A stretch of DNA of 33,970 bases. Source: Callorhinchus milii. Lineage: Eukaryota. Below are positions 9,889 to 21,514 of this stretch, one piece after another; position 1 is the first letter of the stretch, and the number at the start of each line of letters is the position of its first letter. The notes under the pieces were generated by a model. The model worked only from the letters and a program-made list of their open reading frames with translations, was not told where the DNA came from and did not search any database. The DNA lies in assembly GCF_018977255.1 (NCBI RefSeq), contig NW_024705572.1, forward strand, positions 1 to 33,970, given 5' to 3'. Both the position numbers and the translations under genes were made by a program.

Positions 9889-10387
9889 TTATCCATTTTA
9901 ATATAACACTATGTATTATTCTACCCACCCTAATGTGTATCATACTGCTATATGTTTACTGTACAATTACGACGTTCTTCTTGGTTGATTACTTACCTAG
10001 TTGATTACGTTCTCTCTGCGTGTGTCTGTGTCTCTCCCTCGTGTGTGTGTGTGTGTGTGTCTCTCTCTCTGTGTATGTGTCTCTCTCCGTGTCTGTGTTC
10101 GTCTCTCTGTATATGTCTCCCTCCGAGCTTGCATTCATTCATACCTGATGACGGTTGCTTGTGTTGCAATCGAAACCTCGTATTCTATTTATTTTCTTTT
10201 CTTTCTACGTGACTTTACCGAAAGAACCAAAGAGTAATTCCTCCAGTCACAAAAGCTTCAAATCAAGTTCATAAATGTGTCGATAAACCCACCAACGCCC
10301 AACTGCCAATTAGTAAGGTTTGTCACGTAAACAGAACATGCCAATTCGTTACTTGTGCAGTGGCATAGCGCTGGTTGCTGGACGTTA

Positions 10388-10520
10388 GGGGCCGTCCATA
10401 AATGGCGTCACGCACCTAAGGGGGAGGAGGGGGGTCAGACATTTGTGACGAGAGGGGGGAGGGTTTGAGAAATGTGACGTCACGTAAAAATGAGCAAATA
10501 AAAAAATATAAACAAGTTCT
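10388..10520. mobile_element. One end of a PIF/Harbinger-like element
   Basis: TTA|GGGGCCGTCCATAAATGGCGTCACGC terminus. The partner end was not found; the element abuts the PLE 3' end. Confidence 0.45.
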
Positions 10521-10635
10521 ACTTAATTCTAGATTTGAAGCTTTCGTAACTGCAAGGATTCATATTCTTAGTTTTTTTCGGTAAAGTCACGTAGGTAAAA
10601 CATTAAAATTAATAAAAGTAAAATAAAATAAAAAT

Positions 10636-10676
10636 CCCGACGTTTCGGAGGCAACACAAGCTTCCATCTTCAGGTG
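10636..10676 (-). ncRNA. Minimal hammerhead ribozyme with weakened stem I
   Basis: CAC-CTGAAGA-T-GGAAGC-TTGTGTT-GCCTCC-GAAACGTC-GGG. Confidence 0.65.
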
Positions 10677-10940
10677 GAACCGTCACAGCCACGACAGCTG
10701 TATCAAGTAAATGAGAGATTGCAGGAGCTACCACTCCGTTTATATAATGGTTGGAGAGGGGGGGGGTAAGGGCCAAGTAAAGCACACTTTTTATTCATAT
10801 AGTAAGGTGAGGCTTAAGAGGGTGAGCCTTTGTTATGGAGAGGTACGGTTTGTGGCTCAACCTGTGACAAGGAGACAACCACTAAACATGGTAAACCTGT
10901 AATAGTCTGGCAAGTAAGATTGGCCAACTAAGTGTAGTTA

Positions 10941-11052
10941 TTCAATCAACGGTTTTGGGTTTAGATCGCGTTATTTATAAATGTGTCGTAACGCGATCTA
11001 AACCCAAAAACGTTGATTATGAATAATATTGGTCGCGAAAGCCTACGTGTTA
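10941..11052 (+). mobile_element. 112-bp hairpin insertion with 15-bp TSD, probably the extreme 3' end of another PLE family
   Basis: Absent from the paralogous copy at ~2612-2640. TSD AACTAAGTGTA(G/A)TTA. ~30-bp inverted arms. Ends in ATG AAT AAT ATT GGT CGC GAA AGC CTA. Confidence 0.7.
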
Positions 11053-11065
11053 AACTAAGTGTAAT

Positions 11066-13054
11066 TAAATCTTTTTTGCATGGTTAATCACATCTTTCCA
11101 ATGATTACTCAGTTTGTAACCATCATCACGGTTGAAATTATGTCTGTGTATATTTGTATGGCTTCGTGTACAAACCTTTGATGGTAGCCAGGAGGTTTGC
11201 AGAGAACCTTGGTCTCGGAAAAGACAATTTCATGAGAGCCCACCGAGTTGTAGCAATGATCGGCAACGGCCGAAGAATCAGTTCTGCCGTGTTTCAGATC
11301 TGACTTGTGCTCGCGGACACGATCAGAAACATGACGTTTCGTTTCTCCAATGTAGCAATCACCACAAATGCAACTCAATTTGTAGACTCCAGGATACTGT
11401 AAGTCAGGAACGACATCCTTCACAGATGGAATCAGATCACGGATTTTATGCACTGTACTGAATCGGACTTGGATCTTATGTTTGTTTAGAATTTTGGAGA
11501 TCTTTTTGGTCACGCCTGCTATGTATGGTAACGTGATAGTTTTGGTCGGAGTTTCATGTGGCTGTTTCTGTGTGGTGGGAGAAACAGCTTGGCGGATAGT
11601 GCGGTCAGAGTATCCGTTCATCCTGAGGGCCCGATGTACATGTCTTAATTCACCGGCCAGGTGGTGTTGGTCAGAAATGCCATGGGCTCTGTGGTATAGC
11701 GTTTTGATGAGAGAATTCTTTTGAGATGGGTGGTGGTGGGAATCCGGTTTCAAGTAGGAATCTGTGTGGGTGGCTTTCCTGTAGACAGAATGTCCCAAGG
11801 ATCCGTCAGGCCTCCTCTCAAACAGAATATCCAAGAATGGTAGTTTACCGTCTTTCTCCACTTCCATGGTGAATCTGATGGATGGGTGTCTAGAATTGAT
11901 GTGGTCCAAGAAGTGGTTCAATGCTGGGAGGCCATGTGGCCAGATGACGAAAGTGTCATCCACATACCTCTTCCACAGGAAGGACGCAGGGTGGATGTCT
12001 GGATGGCGTCTGATTCAAACTTTTCCATGAACATGTTGGCTATAACTGGTGACAAGGGGGAGCCCATAGGGGTACCCTCATTCTGTTTGTAGAAGGTGCC
12101 ATTCCAGGTAAAATAGGTGTTGGTGAGGCAATGCCTAACCAGCGCAGGTACATCAGAATTCAATCCATGTTGGACTAAGTCCTCAATTATTGTTAGGGTG
12201 TCCGGTACTGGGACTTTGGTGAACAAAGATACTACATCAAAGCTGACGAGGATGTCATCAGGAGATAGTACCATGTCCTTAACCATAGAGACTAATTGGG
12301 TTGAGTTGAGTACTGCCGAAGAGGTCTTGCCTGTGAAGGGGAGCAGAGTATCTGATAGAAAACGGGCTAGTTTGTACGTAGGAGAGTTTATCGTCGACAC
12401 GATGGGTCGTAGCGGGGTGCCTTCTTTATGGATTTTGGGAAGACCATAGAGTCTGGGAGGTCTAGCCGCCGATGGTTTTAGAGAGGGACGTTTGCTTGGT
12501 TCGATTAGGGAAGTCGAACTCGTGATGATACTGTTGGTTTTTGTCGTTAGGCTTTTAGTGGGATCGTTTTTAATTTTGGAGTAACTCCCATCATTAAGAA
12601 GGTCCAGGATTTTGTTGTTGTATGAATCTTTATCCATGATGACCGTGGCATTGCCCTTGTCTGCCGAGAGGATGACTATATCATCTCTCTTTTTTAGGTC
12701 CGCGAGTTCAGAGCGTTCGTTTTTGCTGATGTTACTAGTGGGTTTCTTAGCATTCTTAAGAATAGTAGCTATTTCAGCTCTTGCTACATCTGCATGGATG
12801 TGTCCTATGCCTCTGAGGGCTACATCAATCTGAGAAATCATATCCTCTACTGGTATATATTTAGGGGTGACGGCGAAATTTAGTCCTTTGGCCAGTACCG
12901 TTTTTAGATTGTTAGAAATCTGATTAATCACGGTCTTGTTAACATCCAGCTTTGCGATGTGTGGCTCTGGTTTCTTCTTAGATAGGAGGTTGAATTTAGA
13001 AATCAGGTTAGCTTTGCATTTGGCTGACATTGAGTCAGCAGAAGCAGAAGTCAT
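11066..13054 (-). pseudogene. PLE reverse transcriptase + GIY-YIG endonuclease ORF, frameshifted near 11980 and 11148
   Basis: LAKGLNFAVTP, SADKGNATVIMD, PPRLYGLPKIHK, LRPIVS, SFDVVSLFTKVP, GTPMGSPLSP, (WKRY)VDDTF, LPFLD, VYRKATHTD, GVYKLSCICGDCYIGETKR. Confidence 0.95.
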
Positions 13055-13056
13055 GT

Positions 13057-14798
13057 TACATATTGTGGTGGTGGTACCTGCTATGATGAGAGCAGTACAT
13101 ACTGTGGTGGTACCTGCTATGATGACAGCAGTACATACTGTGGTGGTGGTACCTGCTCTGATGAGAGCAGTACATACTGTGGTGGTGGTACCTGCTATGA
13201 TTACAGCAGTGCATACTGATTATACTCACCCTCACCACTCACAACTCACCCTCACCACTCATCCTCACCACTCACCCTCACCACTCACCCTCACCACTCA
13301 CCACTCTCACCATTCACCCTCATCATTCAGCCTCACCACTCACCCTCACCACTCACCCTCACCACTCACCGTCACAACCACCGCTCAGACTCATCACTCA
13401 CCCTCACACTCACCCTCACTACTCACCACTCACCCTCACCACTCAACCTCACACTCACCTCTCACCCTCACCACTCTCCACTAACCCTCACCACTCAGCA
13501 CTCACGCTCACCACTCAGTGAGTGGTGTGGGTGAGTAGTGAGTAGTGGGGGTGAGGGTGAGTGGTAAGGGTGAGTGGTGGTTGTGAGGAAGAGTGGTGAG
13601 GGTGATCGTGAGTGGTGAGAGTGAGTGGTGAAAGTGAGTGGTGAGTGGTGACGGTGAGTGGTGAGCGAGAGTGGTGAGCGAGAGTGGTGAGTGGTGAGGG
13701 TGAGTGGTGAGGATGAGTGGTGAGGAAGAGTGGTGAGGAAGAGTGGTGAGGGTGAGTGGTGCTGTGGTGGTACATACTATGATTACAGCAGTGTATACTG
13801 CTGTGGTGGTACCTATGATTACAGCAGTGCATATTGTGTGTTATCTGCTATGATGAGAGGAGTACATATTGTGGTGGTGGTACCTGCTATGATGACAGTA
13901 GTACATGACAGTAGTACATTCTGTCGTGGTGGTACCTGCTATGATTACAGCAGTGCATATTGACTGTACTCACCACTCACCCTCACCACTCACAACTCAC
14001 CCTCACCACTCATCCTCACCACTCACCCTCACCACTCACTACTAACCACTCACCCTCACCATTCACCCTCACAACTCACCACTCACCAATCTCCCTCACC
14101 ACTCACCCTCACCATTCAACCTCACCACTCACCCTCACCACTCAATCACCACTCTCCCTCACCACTCTCCCTCACACTCACTCTCACAATTCACCCTCAC
14201 CATTCAGCCTCACCACTCACCCTCACCATTCACCCTCAATACTCACCCTCACCAATCACACTCTCACCAATCACCACTCACCCTCACTGCTCACCCTCAC
14301 CGCTCACCACTCACCCTCACCACTCACCCTCACCACTCACCCTCACCACTCACACTCACCCTCACCACTCACCCCTCACTAATCACCACTCAAAAACCGC
14401 CACTCACTCTCACCACTCACCACTCACCCTCACCACTCACCCTCACCACTCACCCTCACTACTCACCACTCATCCTCGCCAATCACACTCTCACCAATCA
14501 CCACTCACCCTCACCACTCACCACTCATACTGCTGTGGTGATACCTGCTATGATTACAGCAGCACATACTGACTGTGGTGGTAGCATCTATGATTACAGC
14601 AGTGCATACTGACTGTGGTGGTACATGCTATGATTGCAGCAGTGCATACTGCTGTGGTGGTACATACTATGATTACAGCAGTGTATATTGCTGTGGTGGT
14701 ACCTATGATTACAGCAGTGCATATTGTGGTGTTATCTGCTATGATGAGAGGAGTACATATTGTGGTGGTGGTACCTGCTATGATGACAGCAGTACATA
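13057..14798. repeat. Composite minisatellite: ~33-39-bp A units and 13-bp (CACCCTCACCACT)n B blocks, with one inverted B block
   Basis: A unit = ACTGTGGTGGTACCTGCTATGATTACAGCAGTGCAT (13057-13220, 13760-13965, 14525-14798). B+ at 13225-13517 and 13968-14525. B- at 13519-13760. Confidence 0.95.
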
Positions 14799-15319
14799 TG
14801 TAGAGGTGGTACGTACCGGGATGTAGCGAGCCATCGCGTAGCCGGTGTCTACATCACGGTCCGCACATGGGTGGCTACACCGACGTCCGCACTAGCCCCG
14901 CCCCTCGGGGGCAGAGGGCTATATAGGGCGGTGCGCGTGAGCGCTCGGGGAGTCGTTGAAGCCAGTGAAGAATGAAGACGGAGCAAGCTAGATAGGACCC
15001 TGGGACCCCTAGCCCCGCTGCCCTTATCAGGGCCGGGACTCTGTGTGGCTCAGTGGTGAGACCCTGGGTACCCGGCCCGACGTCCTTATCAGGGCCGGGT
15101 TTGATGGGCCAGTGGTTGGACCCGTACCCTGGCTAGGTCGGGTCAGATAGCCTCCTCTAGGAAGTACATAGCCGGAGGACCTGAGAGCGTAGCCGGTGTC
15201 AGGCACGCGTAGCCGTAGGCTGTGTTCCTAGGCTGTATAGATGACTGTTCTGTAGGGTGTTATAAATAAATACGTGCTGCCTCCGTCAACTCGTCTCCTG
15301 CAGTATTTACGCCATTACA
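14799..15319 (+). repeat. 5' LTR (521 bp)
   Basis: TGTAGAGG...CATTACA. TATA at ~14920, AATAAA at ~15265. Near-identical to 20998-21514. Confidence 0.96.
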
Positions 15320-15321
15320 AC

Positions 15322-15335
15322 TGGTGTCAGAAGTG
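15322..15335 (+). promoter_or_regulatory. Primer-binding site, tRNA-Leu
   Basis: TGGTGTCAGAAGTG, 2 nt after the LTR, is complementary to the 3' end ...CACUUCUGACACCA of vertebrate tRNA-Leu. Confidence 0.85.
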
Positions 15336-15348
15336 AAACTGTCTTCAC

Positions 15349-18300
15349 GTGATGGATACCAGGAAGACTATTCGTACTCACGAGCAGGGCCAGGGGATGA
15401 CCAGGAGGGGCGAGCCAGCAGGCTTCGGACGGGGAAGCAGAGGTGGTGCCGACGCTGCAGCACCCGTCGCGGACGCCGACACACCGCTCCAGCTGGGGGA
15501 TGGGCTCCAGGATGCCCACTCCCGCCTGGCCGAGTTGCTGCTCGCCGCTGCCTCCATATTGGCGGAGATCACTGCATCTGGAGGAGGGAGGCTGGTGCCC
15601 GGAGAGAATTGGCGCCAAGCGGCTCGGCCAGCACCGCGCCGCAACGCAAGGATTGGCGCCAAAATCAGCTTCCCGCCACGGACACTGAAATTGGCGCCAT
15701 TTTCCCGCCTAGTTCGTTGACTGGCGGAACCGAGAGCACCACGTGAGGAGGAGTTCCAGTCGCCGCCTCCCACGTCATCGGTACGCGACAGATGTCGCCA
15801 CGACCAACCCATGGAAGGGGCCGCCATTTCCCTGTGCGACGGCGCTGCGCGGGAACATCAGCAATCGGGTGAGGGCAGGCGTTCCAACAGCGACTGCCTG
15901 CGTTGACGGCCTTCCAAGCTGAGGGAGGCGACTGGGGAGCCTTTCAACGAAGGTTCCTCGCTCACCAAGAGATGTCGGGGTGGACCGATGCCGAGGCACT
16001 GCACGCGCTACCAGCGACTCTGGATGATGATGCTCTGGCCACCTTCAGGTCGACTCCAAGGTCTGGCGCTCCACACTCCATGCTGCGCTCGCCTCATGGC
16101 CAGGGTCTATGGACCACCGTCTGCCTGCGCCACCAATTCTACGCTCGCCGTAAAGGGAAACGGAAACCCCTCTCGCCTACCGCACTGCGCTTCTGGCTCT
16201 CGCTGACGCCGCTTTTCCTCGCATGGATGAGGAAGGCAAAGACGCGATGGTCACGGAGCAGCTTTTGGCATTGGCGCAGGACTTGGGGTTCCTATTAACG
16301 CGGCAGATGAGGTAGATATATGCTCGTTGCGGGTTGCTACGAGCATTCACGCGCACGAAGTTCTTAAACGAAAGCGGCCTGTCGTTGCTGCGCATCAGCC
16401 TCAGTTTCTGCATCAGCCTCGGCGCCCAGCGAACCCCAAGGCGCTCTACCACAGGAGGAGGTCTTCGCCACGGCACGATCGGGGGACTGGAGGTCTGGAG
16501 GTCGTTCGCCCCTGCGATCGCCCGCAAGCTGGAGCAACCGAAACCAGCGACGGCTCTCGTCACGTGTTACAACTGCGGCCTTCGAGGCCACGTTGCATCT
16601 GGGTGCCGGGCTCCACGTCAACGCGCCACAGGACCTCGGCCGGACGACGCCCAAGGTCCCAAGTCGTCCCAACAGTCCCCGGCAAGTCGCGGCACCACAC
16701 ATGCTCGGCCCACTCACACGCTACACACGAGTCGCCGCGCCGCGCCTGATGGGCCGCGGATTCGGGTGCCGGTTCAGTGCGGGGAGGGGGGTTCGTACGG
16801 GAGCTCGGACCAGGCCAATGGTCTGAGCTGGCCCATAGGGTAGTGGCTGCGTCGGCCGGTTCGTCCGTGGTTACTGGGTCGATCGAGGGAGTTGAGGTTC
16901 GGGTTTTGGTTGACACGGGGGCGTCGGCAACGATCATTTCCGACCTTATTTATAATATTCTTCCCGTTCAATGTCGACCCTTACTCCCGGTAGACGTTCC
17001 ATGTTATGCGGCGAATGGGGGATCCTTGGGTATTGTGGGTCAGATCCGGGCGGCTATTTGCATTGGGGATATTAAATTGTCGGGACCTGTCTTGGTCTCA
17101 TCGTCTCTGGCGGTCCCATGTTTATTGGGAACAGATTTTCTGGCTAAAATGCCGATCAAGATCCTCATTGATCAGGGTTGCATCGAGCTCCCCTCGGGCC
17201 GCCGCATAGCATTTTTGTCCTCCCTACCAATTACGCACGGCCTGTGCGACGGTGCAGGCGATGGTAACCCAGACGGTACGCGTACCCCCGGGTCACAGAT
17301 GTTGTGCCCCTACGCTTGCGGAAATCTTTTGGGGTGGGTACGACGGAGCATGGTGTACTGTTAGGTCCGTCTAACGCAGCTGTCAGGGGTTTGGATTTGG
17401 CGGTGGCTCAGACGGTGGTGCGGGGAGACAGAGACCCCTTCGTTGTGGTTTTAAATGCGGGGTCACGGCAGCTGTGATTCCACAGGGTACCGTGCTTGCT
17501 CATGCAGCACCGGTACCCGTGGGGAGCCGCTGATAGCGCATGTTGATACTGCTCCGGCTCCGCATCTTAAATCGGGGGGTGATCAGGGGTGGTTGGATTC
17601 ACTGTGTTCTGGATCCAGTGACCTGTCTAGTTCACAGTTGGCGGCATTACGCGCCCTGTTACTCGAATTTTCGGACGTTTTCAGCAAGCACAAATATGAT
17701 ATTGGTTGCACTGACCTATTACGTCACCACATTGACACGGGTGACGCTGCCCCCATTCGGCAAAATCCCTTCCGGCTGAGCCCAGCCGAGAAGGAACATG
17801 TGCAATCAGCTGTTAATGACATGCTGTCTGCCGACATCATTTCGCCCTCATCCAGTCCATGGGGGCTCCCATCGTGCTTGTGAAAAAACACGATGGGTCC
17901 CTGCGGTTTTGCGTTGATTTCCGTCGCCTTAATAAGATCTCTGTGGCTGACGCATATCCGCTCCCCAGAATGGACGAATCCTTGGATGCTTTAGCGGGGG
18001 CACGGTATTTTTCCACATTGGACCTGCTATCGGGATTCTGGCAACTGCCCCTTGACGAGGTGTCGAAACCCAAACCGCGTTTCGGACACCTGTGGGCCTA
18101 TTTCAGTTCAATCGGTTGCCCATGGGACTCCATTCAGCTCCCGCAACGTTCCAGAGGTTAATGGAATTGGTTTTGTCGGCCTTCAATGGGATACCTGTTT
18201 AATTTACCTGGATGACGTCATCGTCTTCAGTAGAACGTTCGAGGAGCACCTCCAACGTTTGAGGGCAGTGTTCCTCAGGATGCGATCCGCCAAATTGAAG

Positions 18301-20644
18301 TTTAAGCCGCAAAAATGCCACTTACTCCGGAATCGGTACGGTACTTAGGGCACATCGTCGGCCGTTCGGGTATCTCCACTGATCCCGCTAAGACACATTG
18401 TGTCAGTTCTTGGCCAACGCCCACTTCGGTCAGCGAGGTCCGCAGTTTTATTGGGTTTGCCTCCTATTACCGGCGTTCGTCGAACAGTTTGCCACCATAG
18501 CCAAACCCCTGCACGCTTTGACGGCAAAAGGTGTGAAGTTTCGCTGGGGGCCGGAGGAGGAGGCCGCTTTTCGCTCCCTTCGGACGCCTTGGTGAGTGCT
18601 CCGCCCTTGTGTTACCCTGATTTCACCGAGCCGTTTTTGCTTGACACGGACGCCAGTAACACGGGCATTGGTGGAGTACTCTCACAGGTGATCGGGGGTG
18701 TCGAACGCGTGTCGCCTACGGTAGCAGGGTTTTGTCGCCGGCGGAACAGGGTACTGCGTGACCCGTCGCGAGTTACTGGCTATTGTGGTTTTTATCCAAC
18801 AGTTTCGACCGTATCTCTACGGCCGACACTTCACTGTCCGTACGGACCACGCGGCGCTTCAATACGCGCTTCGCGTTGCCCAGCCATCGGGCCAGTTGTC
18901 CCGATGGTTGGAGGTCCTCCAGGACTATCAATTCACGACTACTTACCGTAAGGGTGTCGCCATACCAACGCGGATGCCCTGTCGCGGTTGTCACCACGTA
19001 CGGAATGTGCGTGTCTTTTGGGATCGGGCGTTGCAAACCCCAGCTGTCGTCCCTCCGGCAGCTCTGGTCGCCGCGGCCGATGCACCGCGACCCGAGTTCC
19101 CTTCTCTCCGACGGGTGGGGACTCGTTGCTCCATTGTCCCTCGTTGAGTGGGGCCGCCTCCAAATGGTCGACGCGTCCCTGCTCGCACTGCGTCGCAAGG
19201 CGAATGGTTCCGATGAGGGTGCAGTTGGCGTCGACTCATGGGTAGTGAAACAGGGCCTCCTTATGAATTGGGACGGTATGTCCCTACGCCATAGGCTTGT
19301 TGTGCCATCTGCTGTGCGGGGTAGGGTTGTTCTGGCCGCTCATGAACGACTGTTACATTTGGGATTTCACAAAACCCTTGCTCTGCTCCAGCGTGATTAC
19401 TATTGGCCGGGTATGGGAGGGATGTGTCCACCATTCTCAAAGGGTGTGTGCAGTGCGCCCAACGAAAACCGCCTCCCATTGCGGCTAACCCACCATTGCA
19501 ATCTATTCAGGTCTCGCGCATCAATGAACTTGTTGCGCTTGATATTTTGGGGCCCTTCCCGGTGACACCTAGGGGTAACAAGTACCTGCTGGTTGGCGTG
19601 GAATATTTCACTCGATGGCCCATGGCTTGGCCACTTGCCAACCAGTCGGCGGCGGCCGTTGCCGAGGCCTTTGTCCAGGGCTATGTCTTGGACAAAGGTG
19701 CACCGGAGCGGTTGCTGACCGACCAGGGGAAACATTTTTCGGGCGTTTTATTACGGGAGGTGTGTGACCTTTTGGGCACTAAAAAGGTGCGTACCTCCCC
19801 GTACCACCCACAGACTGATGGGATGGTGGAGCGGCTCCACAGGACGATTACGTCCATGTTGTGCCATCAGGTGTGCGAAGCTCAAGTGGATTGGGACTTA
19901 CAGATTCCAGGTGTCCTCGCCGCTTACAGGATGGCTCCCACGGCGACAGGGTTTTCTCCATTCTATCTTATGTATGGCCGGGACGCTGATCCGCCCGTGG
20001 ATGCCCAGTTGGGGATTTCCGAACCCCGTGCTAAGTCTAAATTGGCTGATCACATCAAATTTAACATTTCTAAATTGGCCGAGGCACGGGAAGCAGCGAC
20101 GCTGAACTCGAGATCTCGCCAGATGGCGAACGAGCGGTTGCGTGCACAGCGGACGCACACGCACGAGTGGAAACCGGGCGATAAGGCCTGGTTGCACTGC
20201 CCGCAGGCGCCATTGGCAACGTCCCCGAAACTGCTGAGGCCATGGCGGGGACCGGTCGAGGTTGTGCGGGTTGCGCGCCCCCAATGTGTTCGGATTAAGT
20301 GGGGGAAGCGTTGTTGGTATGTTCACCCCTCCCGACTGAAACCTTTCACGGCGCCACATACCTTCCCTTCATGTCCAAATGGCCGAGCATGTGATGTGTC
20401 CGTTGACTCGGGGAATGGGATGCCGCCGCCTGATCCTCACATGTCTCTGACTGACCCGCTCCCAGGTGTCTCGGAATTGACGGCCTCTGAACGCCAGCAG
20501 TCGGATCCCCGGAGCACGTGCGGATCCGGGGAGCCCGGTCCGAGCCTTCCAGGACTACCTGGGCCGCCTGTCGGACAAGCATGTCCTGTGCCGTATGACG
20601 GACCGGCCAAGCGGACTCGCGCTAAATCGCGCCACTTCTCGTGA
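15349..20644 (+). pseudogene. Gypsy gag-pol with multiple frameshifts
   Basis: Gag DWGAFQRRF. Zinc knuckle CYNCGLRGHVASGC (~16564). Protease LVDTGAS (~16906). [20 protein letters not shown] and YLDDVIVFS. RNase H LDTDAS..RRELLAIV..VRTDHAAL. Integrase H..H/YYWPGM/CVQC, LDILGPF, LTDQG, YHPQTDGMVER, PWRGP. Confidence 0.95.
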
Positions 20645-20983
20645 CGGCGGCCGGTTCCGCCAGGTTGCCGTGTCAGAGCAGCCCCCTTTTGACTGACTGG
20701 ACGTCCCGCTTCTATGGGCGTGTGGGGTCGCGGGCGGGTCACGGGACGTCGTAACGTGTTTTTTTATGTATATATATTTTTTTCTCGTCGACATTGTATA
20801 TACGTTCTTGTTGTTGAGTGTTGGGGGGTTGGGTTATTTATTGGGGCGTTCGTGTGTTGTTGTTGTTGTGGTTTGGTTAATTGTTGTGTTGTTGTTGTTA
20901 CGGGGCACACACAGGGTTCTGTGTTTTTTGGATGCATTCTTTATTGCATAGGGGGTTTTGCAGCCGGGCCGGCTGCGAGCTAT

Positions 20984-20997
20984 GCGGAGGGGGGTGA
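20984..20997 (+). promoter_or_regulatory. Polypurine tract
   Basis: GCGGAGGGGGGTGA immediately before the 3' LTR. Confidence 0.8.
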
Positions 20998-21514
20998 TGT
21001 AGAGGTGGTACGTACCGGGATGTAGCGAGCCATCGCGTAGCCGGTGTCTACATCACGGTCCGCACATGGGTGGCTACACCGACGTCCGCACTAGCCCCGC
21101 CCCTCGGGGGCAGAGGGCTATATAGGCGGTGCGCATGAGCGCTCGGGAGTCGTTGAAGCCAGTGAAGAATGAAGACGGAGCAAGCTACATAGGACCCTGG
21201 GACCCCTAGCCCCGCTGCCCTTATCAGGGCCGGGACTCTGTGTGGCTCAGTGGTGAGACCCTGGGTACCCGGCCCGACGTCCTTATCAGGGCCAGGTTGA
21301 TGGGCCAGTGGTTGAGACCCGTACCCTGGCTAGGTCGGGTCAGATAGCCTCCTCTAGGAAGTACATAGCCGGAGGACCTGAGAGCGTAGCCGGTGTCAGG
21401 CACGCGTAGCCGTAGGCTGTGTTCCTAGGCTGTATAGATGATTTTCTGTAGGGTGTTATAATAAATACGTGCTGCCTCCGTCAACTTGTCTCCTGCAGTA
21501 TTCACGCCATTACA
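20998..21514 (+). repeat. 3' LTR (517 bp)
   Basis: TGTAGAGG...CATTACA. Differs from the 5' LTR by about 6 substitutions and several 1-bp indels. Confidence 0.96.

Larger units (their letters stand above)
9112..10270. mobile_element. Non-coding PLE derivative bounded by inverted pLTRs (9112-~9290 -, ~10015-10270 +), with a third HHR module inside
   Basis: 9112-9240 is the reverse complement of ~10100-10234. HHRs at 9157-9199 (-, core CAGATGA mutated), 9548-9596 (-, intact) and 10141-10183 (+, GAAACCTC). Candidate TSD ATAAAGGTGT / ATAAATGTGT. Confidence 0.7.
10525..13056 (-). mobile_element. Penelope-like retroelement copy 3 (endonuclease-containing), 5'-truncated at the satellite
   Basis: RT-GIY-YIG ORF followed by a 3' pLTR (10525-~10940) with TATA (~10740), HHR (10636-10676) and terminal module. 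Confidence 0.96.
14799..21514 (+). mobile_element. Full-length Ty3/Gypsy LTR retrotransposon
   Basis: Two TG..CA LTRs, PBS, PPT, and domain order gag-PR-RT-RH-INT. Confidence 0.97.

Noticed and set aside
9729..10004. Cys-rich metallothionein-like ORF
   Set aside because: It is a (TGC)n microsatellite with no Lys spacing or other gene evidence.
13057..13220. CRISPR-like ~36-bp repeats
   Set aside because: Units are contiguous with no unique spacers, the context is eukaryotic, and there are no cas genes.
13225..14525. Telomeric array with a telomere-targeted PLE
   Set aside because: The repeat is a 13-mer, not (TTAGGG)n. The PLE has a GIY-YIG endonuclease and abuts the repeat by its truncated 5' end.
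12936..14826. ORFs rich in VVVVPAMM, LTTHPHHSPSP and YCCGGTCYDYSS
   Set aside because: They are translations of the minisatellite, open in several frames, with unit lengths (13 bp) that are not codon multiples.
15307..20794. Many overlapping antisense or alternative ORFs, or an env gene, in the Gypsy element
   Set aside because: Expected in GC-rich, frameshifted sequence. The ~350 bp after integrase is low-complexity with no env features.
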